Virus record (IMG/VR): IMGVR_UViG_3300021255_002910 | Location: 1 to 16,087 of that record | Length of the DNA stretch: 16,087 nt | DNA from: a virus | Lineage: Duplodnaviria; Heunggongvirae; Uroviricota; Caudoviricetes | Strand: one strand, 5' to 3' | Shown here: one piece after another, positions 8,276 to 13,827 of the stretch | How positions within the stretch are numbered: the first letter of the stretch is position 1 | Layout: each line of letters starts with the position of its first letter | Made by a program: the position numbers and the translations under genes | Notes under the pieces: generated by a model | What the model was told of the DNA's origin: nothing | Databases searched by the model: none | Seen by the model: only the letters and a program-made list of their open reading frames with translations

Positions 8276-8410
8276 AGCCCCTTCCCCAACCCCTGCCCCG
8301 TAGGGAGGGGAGTGCTATGCGGCTTACTTTTTTTGACTTGAAGTGAGGCAGGGATGGTGCCGCCGATAGCTGCTTCCCTCCCTTGTAGGCGAGGGGTCGG
8401 GGGAGAGGCT
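8276..8410. repeat. Inverted doublet of REP-like C/G-run palindromes
   Basis: AGCCCCTTCCCCAACCCCTGCCCCGTAGGGAGGGGAG (8276-8312, +) and AGCCTCTCCCCCGACCCCTCGCCTACAAGGGAGGGAAG (8373-8410, -). Confidence 0.75.
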
Positions 8411-8416
8411 TTCACT

Positions 8417-8962
8417 TTACGGCTCCATCTCACCGCCGCCCTGCTGGTCGTCGCCACCTTGGTCGGTAGAGCCGCCGCCCTCGTCAGGGTTCACGTCGGT
8501 CTCCACGTCCTGCGTGGTGGTCTTCACCTTGGTGGCCGTCTTGGCCAGCGAGAACTGCTTCGAGGTCTTGATGCCCACGATGGCCGCGAGCACCCAGTTC
8601 AGGCGGTCGGGCGTGAGGTCGGCTTCCTCGGCCTTGGTGCGCTCGCCGTTGGTCAGGCGCTGGATGTCGAGGTCGCTGATGCTGCCCGTCACCTTGGGCT
8701 GTATGGTGACGAGCCGCTGGCCCTTCTCGTCGGCGAGGGTTACGCGGTTCGACTCGCAGCACTCCTCCATCACGATGTCGGCGATGGCGGCGATGACTGC
8801 CTGACACTCATAGCTCTTGAAGCCCGTGCGTGCTGCGATGCGCTGCGCCAACTCGACGTTGGTGATTTCCTGGTCAATCACTGCCTCGGCAAACCACGAG
8901 GCTGAGCCTTGCTGGCCCTGTTTGGGCACGAAGTGGCGTGCCCGCCATTTTGTCTTTGCCAT
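8417..8962 (-). CDS. HU/IHF-like DNA-binding protein (Bacteroidetes HU-related family)
   Basis: ITNVELAQRIAARTG...CQAVIAAIADIVMEECCESNRVTL fits the HU N-terminal helices. The acidic Gly-rich tail (DEGGGSTDQGGDDQQGGGEMEP) is typical of the Bacteroidetes HU-like family. Confidence 0.75.
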   Translation of the reverse strand: MAKTKWRARHFVPKQGQQGSASWFAEAVIDQEITNVELAQRIAARTGFKSYECQAVIAAIADIVMEECCESNRVTLADEKGQRLVTIQPKVTGSISDLDIQRLTNGERTKAEEADLTPDRLNWVLAAIVGIKTSKQFSLAKTATKVKTTTQDVETDVNPDEGGGSTDQGGDDQQGGGEMEP

Positions 8963-9032
8963 AATGCAAAAAATTTAAGTTAGACATAATTGTTACTTTA
9001 TCTCGTCGGGCCTCCCGTAGGGGCCTTCTGAT

Positions 9033-9091
9033 TCTTGGTCTATCAAGAGCGGTGCTCTTGGTCTATCAAGAGCCGGCTCTTGGTCTATCAA
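9033..9091. repeat. Three tandem copies of the palindromic unit GCTCTTG-GTCTAT-CAAGAGC
   Basis: Copies at 9033-9050 (lacks the first 2 nt), 9054-9073 (complete) and 9076-9091 (lacks the last 4 nt). A degenerate CTATCAA follows near 9108-9114. Confidence 0.93.
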
Positions 9092-9123
9092 CTCTGCCGC
9101 GCCCGCTCTATCAACGACACCTG

Positions 9124-9131
9124 CAAAGGTA
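9124..9131 (-). promoter_or_regulatory. Bacteroidetes -7 promoter box (TACCTTTG) upstream of the HU-like gene
   Basis: TACCTTTGCA context just downstream of the methyltransferase stop and upstream of the palindromic repeats. Confidence 0.6.
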
Positions 9132-9169
9132 AGCATTCCGGCTGACGGAAATGGGACAGCACGGGGCGG

Positions 9170-9952
9170 TCAGCCGTCGGCGAAGTCCAGCTGCGGTTGC
9201 TGTCGCTCCAGCCGGATGCGCCGCTGAGCAATGTCGAAATACTCCTTGTTCAGCTCGAAGCCGAGGAAGTGCCGATGCTCCTTCAGACAGGCGATGGCCG
9301 TCGTGCCGCTGCCCATGCAGGAGTCGAGAACGAGGTTATCGGTGTCGGTGTAAGTGCGTATGAGGTAGCGCAGCAGGTCAACGGGCTTTTGGGTTGGGTG
9401 AACTGCTGTTCCACCATTGTGGACGTTGGAGAACTCCAATACCGATTTCGGATAGAAATTGCCGCCATTGCCTTGGTGTATGTACCCCTCTCGCTCAACA
9501 TATCCGTTATGCACTCCCCGCTTTCTGCTCTCATTCAGATGTTGAACTTTTGCGCCCGTAAACTCGCCGTCGTGTCGCCATTGCGGATTGAATGTAGGCA
9601 GCGAGCGATAGAATACGCAGATATCTTCAGTCCAATTCATAAACTGCTTTTTTGCGTTCATTACATTGGTCGGTCTTGTTTTTACCCAAGTCAGCTTTTG
9701 ACGGAACTCTTTTAGGTTTGACATGATTAAGAACGAAGTAAACGGCTCGACCGCAAAAAGGACTATAGCCGCATTTGGCTTACATATACGATGATATTGT
9801 TCCCACAGCGGCTCAAACGGGATTACTACATCCCACTTGCAAACCGTCGTGCCAAACGGCGGATCCGTAATGATGCAGTCCACCGATGCGTCGGGTATGC
9901 GCTTCATGCCCTCCAGGCAGTCCTCGTTGTAGATTTGGTCTAACTCTATCAT
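9170..9952 (-). CDS. Orphan DNA methyltransferase, N6-adenine/N4-cytosine, class beta
   Basis: IYNEDCLEGMKRIP, catalytic ITDPPF, HPTQKPVDLLRYLIRTYT and SAM-binding VLDSCMGSGTT...FLGFEL. The catalytic motif precedes the SAM motif, which is beta order. No cognate endonuclease is in the window. Confidence 0.93.
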   Translation of the reverse strand: MIELDQIYNEDCLEGMKRIPDASVDCIITDPPFGTTVCKWDVVIPFEPLWEQYHRICKPNAAIVLFAVEPFTSFLIMSNLKEFRQKLTWVKTRPTNVMNAKKQFMNWTEDICVFYRSLPTFNPQWRHDGEFTGAKVQHLNESRKRGVHNGYVEREGYIHQGNGGNFYPKSVLEFSNVHNGGTAVHPTQKPVDLLRYLIRTYTDTDNLVLDSCMGSGTTAIACLKEHRHFLGFELNKEYFDIAQRRIRLERQQPQLDFADG

Positions 9953-9985
9953 AATTCGTTTCGTTTCGTTCTCTGTTTTTATTGT

Positions 9986-10227
9986 TCATTCATACTCCAC
10001 GAAGAGCATCTGCTGGCAGTCGCCAGCCATGAGTGTGCCCGAAACTGCCCCCCCTCCTTGACCCGTGCGCGGCGCAGTTCGCTGGTGGGGTAGGCGGCAT
10101 CGAACACGCCAGGCGAGCGGCACTCGATATAGCCCTGCACCGTGGCCTGTCGCACGCGCAGCACCCCTCGCTCGGCCAGCGCGAGGAAGGGGCGCTCGGT
10201 GGTGGGATAGTGTCTAACCTTGGTCAT
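9986..10227 (-). pseudogene. Small gene for a domain usually embedded in phage C5 cytosine methyltransferases; apparent frameshift at a G7 tract
   Basis: ATG at 10227 gives MTKVRHY...LRVRQATVQGYIECRSPGVFDAAYPTSELRRARVKEGG. One extra G in the tract at 10048-10054 continues it as AVSGTLMAGDCQQMLFVEYE* (stop 9986-9988). This matches the recalled RQAT.KGY.EC...DLSYP.S..RRGRV..GG..CPTL pattern better than the track frame does. Confidence 0.55.
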
Positions 10228-10233
10228 TGTTGT

Positions 10234-10350
10234 GCGGTAGCAAATTGGCTTTCGCCCATTTTGCTGCTCGGCTCGGCAAAGCTCATGCGAGCATGGCTCT
10301 GCTCTCGCCGATTGCAAAATTCTTCATTCTTCATTCTTCATTCTTCATTT
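10234..10350 (-). repeat. Heptamer array (ATGAAGA)4, a ~70-nt palindromic insert, and tail AATTTGCTACCGC
   Basis: It follows the putative terS stop directly. The insert is bounded by ATTTTGC...GCAAAAT, with internal CATGC-TC-GCATG and GGC-GAAA-GCC hairpins. Confidence 0.9.
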
Positions 10351-11139
10351 CTAAGAGAATGGGTCGTAGGTGTCCGGCTCGTCGGTGGGCTTGCCGTCGG
10401 GCGCGAGGGTCTGCTCGTCGCTGTCGGTCTCGTCGTCGTCCTCGTCCGTGTCGTTGGCGGGCACCATGATGCCGTTCTCGTTCTCGATAAACTCCTGAAC
10501 GTCCTCCACGCGGGCACCGATTTTCTTGGCGAAGGCGGCCATCTCCTCGGGCGTGTAGTTCTCCTTGCGCTTGATGATCGACACGTCGTTGGTCACGTTG
10601 CGCTCCACGCCCGGACGGAGAGCGTCGGCGGGGTTGTCGTTGTCCTTCCAGTCGTTGTTCATCTTCTCCAGGTTGCGCTGCGCCTCGCGTATGGCGCTGA
10701 CGTTGCCCGTCTGCTGCCCGAAGTGCGAGAGCCAGCGGGTGTTCGTCTGGTAGAGCACCTTGTCGAGGTGCTGCTGCGACACGTTCAGCCGGCCTACGAG
10801 CTGGTTCACGCAGTAGATGTCGTTGGCAATCTCGTTCTCCTTGCGCGGCGGGATGTTGCCGTCCTTGTCGCGGCGGATGCCCACGGCCTCGCACACCTCG
10901 CGGCTCTCCTCGTCGCCCATGTCGGCCTTGGCCAGGAGGAGCGAGTAGTTGCGCATGGCGATGCGCCGCACGATGTCGCGGACGGGCGTGGTGGGGTTTT
11001 CCATGAATTTGTGGTAGCAGTCGAGCACCAGCAGCGCCCTGAACCGCTGCGCCGGCGAGAAGTGTACCTGCTCCAGCGCCAGCCCGCCGTAGGCCCAGCG
11101 CGTCACCTTGTCGATGAAGTTTTGTGAGGGTTGTGACAT
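10351..11139 (-). CDS. Putative terminase small subunit
   Basis: 262 aa, helical, with an acidic tail. It resembles the conserved protein that normally sits just upstream of terL in Bacteroidales prophages. The TerS role is inferred from position. Confidence 0.5.
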   Translation of the reverse strand: MSQPSQNFIDKVTRWAYGGLALEQVHFSPAQRFRALLVLDCYHKFMENPTTPVRDIVRRIAMRNYSLLLAKADMGDEESREVCEAVGIRRDKDGNIPPRKENEIANDIYCVNQLVGRLNVSQQHLDKVLYQTNTRWLSHFGQQTGNVSAIREAQRNLEKMNNDWKDNDNPADALRPGVERNVTNDVSIIKRKENYTPEEMAAFAKKIGARVEDVQEFIENENGIMVPANDTDEDDDETDSDEQTLAPDGKPTDEPDTYDPFS

Positions 11140-11149
11140 TTCGCTTCGC

Positions 11150-11177
11150 TAAATGATAAATGATAAATGATAAATGA
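11150..11177 (+). repeat. Heptamer array (TAAATGA)4
   Basis: Four exact copies between the 105-aa gene stop and the putative terS start. Confidence 0.95.
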
Positions 11178-11181
11178 GCCG

Positions 11182-11499
11182 TCAGTGCGTCACCACGCGG
11201 AAGCCGTCAATCTCGATGATGAGATAGTCGCGCAGGATGCGTATCTGATTGGAGTTAATGAATTTCACCTTGCGCTGATGGCGGCGCAGGTCCACCTTGA
11301 GCGTGATGACCTCGCCCTGCTCCAGTACGCCACGGCCAGTGACGTACTTCACGAAGTAGGGCACCTGCTGCTTCTCCTTGGCATCGGCAGGCGGATTGAA
11401 GCCCGTGACGCGAGCCCCCGTCTTGGGGTCGCGCCACGAAAACTTCTCCGTCAGGTTGCGGACGGCCTGAAAACTGATGGTGGGCTGAGTTCGGGGCAT
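11182..11499 (-). CDS. Conserved small hypothetical phage protein
   Basis: 105 aa. PYFVKYVTGRG...VKFINSNQIRILRDYLIIEIDG resembles a small beta-rich protein recurrent in Bacteroidales prophage head modules. Confidence 0.75.
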   Translation of the reverse strand: MPRTQPTISFQAVRNLTEKFSWRDPKTGARVTGFNPPADAKEKQQVPYFVKYVTGRGVLEQGEVITLKVDLRRHQRKVKFINSNQIRILRDYLIIEIDGFRVVTH

Positions 11500-11513
11500 G
11501 GTTGCGCTAAAGC

Positions 11514-11548
11514 TAAATGAGAAATGATAAATGAGAAATGATAAATGG
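11514..11548 (+). repeat. Heptamer array alternating AAATGAG/AAATGAT, about 5 units
   Basis: AAATGAG-AAATGAT-AAATGAG-AAATGAT-AAATGG between the 471-aa stop and the 105-aa start. Confidence 0.93.
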
Positions 11549-11556
11549 CTGCGCCG

Positions 11557-12972
11557 TTATTTGTCGCCGTCTTTGTGGTCAGCGGTTTGTCCGCTGACTT
11601 CTGCGGCCTTTGCAGCCTTCTCCTCCTCCGAAGCCTTCTTGTATTCTTCTTCGATGGCGGTGACGAGCGGCTTGTAGGTCTTGGCCATGTCCTTGCCAAG
11701 CAGCTCCACAAGGCGCTTGTATTTCTCGCGGGCGGTCTTCACGCGCTGCTCGCTGGCCGCCTTGTCCTTGCGCCGGAGATACCTCAGTATTCCGTCCACC
11801 TCTTCCTTCTTCTCCTTCTCGGCTTTCACCTTGGCGGCATATTCGGGGCTCTCCTGCTCGATGATGGTGCGGCAGCGCAGGTCGAACTCGGGAGACTGTA
11901 CCTTCTTGTAGTAGGGCTTCAGGTCGTCGGCGATGCGGGTGAGGTCGCTGATGCGGTGCTTCTTCTGGAACTGCTCGCGGAACGGCTCGTCGTTCTTCAG
12001 GCGGAAGAAGATGGTGGCCAGCTCGGTATCTACCTCGTCGTAAATCTGCTCATACGCCTCGGTCTTCTTTGCGGCCTCCTGAGCGTAGGGCTCCACGGCC
12101 TCCGGCTGCTCGCCGTGCTCGGCCATGTCCTTGGCACGGGTGGCGGCATCGGCGGCCTCCATGCGCAGCGTCTGCACCATATCGACGCGCTGCTGCAGGT
12201 CGGGCGAGAGAAGGATGCGCAGCTGATTCAGGTGGTAGCGCGTCTCGCCAAGGTCGGCAATGGTGGGGGCGGCACTCCCTGCGGCAGAACCGCCGGGCAC
12301 AGTGGCGGCGGGCTGTCCCGTAGGCTGCTGTACTACAGCAGCAGACTGGACGGCGGCAGCCGCTCCCCTCCCATCAAGGGGAGGGGCAGGGGTGGGGTCA
12401 GTATTCCCAAACAGCGACGGGTTCTGCGCTGCCTCGCGCTGCTGGCGCATCTGTCGGTCGATGGCCAGCTCGGCATTGTTCTTCTCGCGCAGCGTCTGGT
12501 TGGTGACTACCTCCACGCCTAAGAGCCGGGCCACGGCCTGCTGGCGGCGGCTCTCCACGTCGTCGGTGGCTGCGGTGACGGTCTTGGCAAAGGCTTCCTC
12601 GCGCGTCGGACGGCCACGGCGGCGGTACTGCTGCTGCAAGGCCGGCACAAAGGCATACGACTTGCCGTCGGCAGCCGTCACGGCCACGCCACGCGACACC
12701 TCGCCCTTCACCTTATCTATATATATGCGCATACGGCGAACCCGCGCCTTGTAGTCGCCATAGCGCAGTGCCTTCGTCACGAAGTCACGCGCAAAGGGGA
12801 ACGCCCCTATCAGCGCCAGTCCCGTCTCCATGTCGCGGCGGTCGTCGGGGCTCCATGCCCCATCAATCTGCTCCAGCCGGGGCAACTTCTCCTGCACAAA
12901 CACGGTGAGGTCGGCCACAAAGCGCAGCTGCTCCTCACTACTCATCGTCTTGTAGTCCTTGATGTTCGTCAT
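11557..12972 (-). CDS. Hypothetical coiled-coil protein with a central Pro/Ala-rich linker
   Basis: 471-aa ORF with GC3-rich codons and its own upstream TAATTTTG box. Confidence 0.8.
   Translation of the reverse strand: MTNIKDYKTMSSEEQLRFVADLTVFVQEKLPRLEQIDGAWSPDDRRDMETGLALIGAFPFARDFVTKALRYGDYKARVRRMRIYIDKVKGEVSRGVAVTAADGKSYAFVPALQQQYRRRGRPTREEAFAKTVTAATDDVESRRQQAVARLLGVEVVTNQTLREKNNAELAIDRQMRQQREAAQNPSLFGNTDPTPAPPLDGRGAAAAVQSAAVVQQPTGQPAATVPGGSAAGSAAPTIADLGETRYHLNQLRILLSPDLQQRVDMVQTLRMEAADAATRAKDMAEHGEQPEAVEPYAQEAAKKTEAYEQIYDEVDTELATIFFRLKNDEPFREQFQKKHRISDLTRIADDLKPYYKKVQSPEFDLRCRTIIEQESPEYAAKVKAEKEKKEEVDGILRYLRRKDKAASEQRVKTAREKYKRLVELLGKDMAKTYKPLVTAIEEEYKKASEEEKAAKAAEVSGQTADHKDGDK
12363..12399 (-). 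repeat. REP-like C/G-run palindrome inside the 471-aa coding sequence
   Basis: The minus strand reads GACCCCACCCCTGCCCCTCCCCTTGATGGGAGGGGAG, the same architecture as the 8276/8373 copies. It is translated as DPTPAPPLDGRG. Confidence 0.75.
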
Positions 12973-13000
12973 AACTGTGGTTTTTATTCGTTTCTTGTGC

Positions 13001-13008
13001 CAAAATTA
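13001..13008 (-). promoter_or_regulatory. Bacteroidetes -7 promoter box (TAATTTTG) upstream of the 471-aa gene
   Basis: Consensus box 28 nt before ATG 12972, just after a terminator. Confidence 0.55.
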
Positions 13009-13037
13009 ACATTTTTGCCCAAAACCGTAGGCACAGG

Positions 13038-13067
13038 AAAAGGCGGCTCCCCGCGAGAGAAGCCGCC
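13038..13067 (-). terminator. Intrinsic terminator after the putative tail tube gene
   Basis: The minus strand reads GGCGGCTTCTC-TCGC-GGGGAGCCGCC-TTTT, a GC-rich stem followed by a U-tract. Confidence 0.75.
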
Positions 13068-13116
13068 CAAACTAAACGAATCTGAAACGAATTACGAATT
13101 GGTGAAGTAGTGTGTG

Positions 13117-13722
13117 TTAGACTGCCTCGGCCAAATAGTCGTCGAGTGTCTTGCCCTCGGTCAACTCCACGTAGTACATGGGGTAGATGACGGGCTTCAG
13201 CTTGTACTCCAGCGTGATCTGACGGTCGCTGTCGGCTGCGTCGCCAGTGTCGCCTGCAATACCGCCGCTGTCGGCCTTGACCTTGCGGATGGGGTCATAG
13301 ACGATGAGAAGTTTGCCATCATTGTCCTGGAAAATGATGAACAGGTCGAGGTTGTTCATAGCACGGAGAACACGAGCCGTGCGCTGGTTGACTGCTTCGA
13401 GGATGAGCGTGCCGGTAATCTCGTAACCCTTGCGACGGTTGAGCGACGAGAAAGCATACTTCTGCGACTCTTCTTTGCAGTCAAAGCGGTAGAGACCCTT
13501 GCCGTTCTTGAACGAGCCGCCGGTGCGCTCGGCACCCGTGCCTGTCCCGAAGTCCAGCTTATAGACATTATCCTCTTCGGTGTCTTCGCTGATGGAGAGA
13601 GGGCCGTTCAGGTCGGCCTTGTTGCCAATATAGACCACCGAGCCAAGGCCAGCCAGGTTCTCCATGCACTCTTCGCTCGACAGGATATTCCCCAAGGTGG
13701 GGCAAATTACAGTGTCTGCCAT
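13117..13722 (-). CDS. Putative major tail tube protein
   Basis: 201 aa, beta-rich, directly after the capsid gene. The pattern CPTLGNI...C.ENLAGLGSVVY...LFIIFQDNDGK...GDTGDAADSDRQITLEY resembles Bacteroidetes siphovirus tube proteins. It is followed by a terminator. Confidence 0.55.
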   Translation of the reverse strand: MADTVICPTLGNILSSEECMENLAGLGSVVYIGNKADLNGPLSISEDTEEDNVYKLDFGTGTGAERTGGSFKNGKGLYRFDCKEESQKYAFSSLNRRKGYEITGTLILEAVNQRTARVLRAMNNLDLFIIFQDNDGKLLIVYDPIRKVKADSGGIAGDTGDAADSDRQITLEYKLKPVIYPMYYVELTEGKTLDDYLAEAV

Positions 13723-13766
13723 AATCTTATTCTTTTTAGTGTTTGTGTTGCGGTTGTTTGTAAGGG

Positions 13767-13812
13767 AAAAGGGCGGGAGGTTATCGACCTTGCGTCGGCC
13801 TCCCTTACCCTT
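13767..13812 (-). terminator. Hairpin with a short U-tract between the capsid and tail tube genes (terminator or RNA-stabilising stem)
   Basis: The minus strand reads AAGGG-TAA-GGGAGG-C-CGAC-GCAAG-GTCG-ATAA-CCTCCC-G-CCCTT-TT. Confidence 0.5.
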
Positions 13813-13827
13813 CCGTTTCCTGAGAGA

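Noticed and set aside
8266-8457. 63-aa ORF after the HU-like gene
   Set aside because: It overlaps the HU-like gene out of frame and is mostly a translation of the REP-like doublet.
9033-9115. Mini CRISPR array
   Set aside because: The repeats are palindromic but only ~20 bp, with 2-3 nt between them. There are no spacer-length unique sequences and no cas genes.
9979-10317. 112-aa ORF as given by the track
   Set aside because: Its first ~30 codons translate the palindromic insert. ATG 10227 has the A-rich context, and the likely true C-terminus is in another frame.
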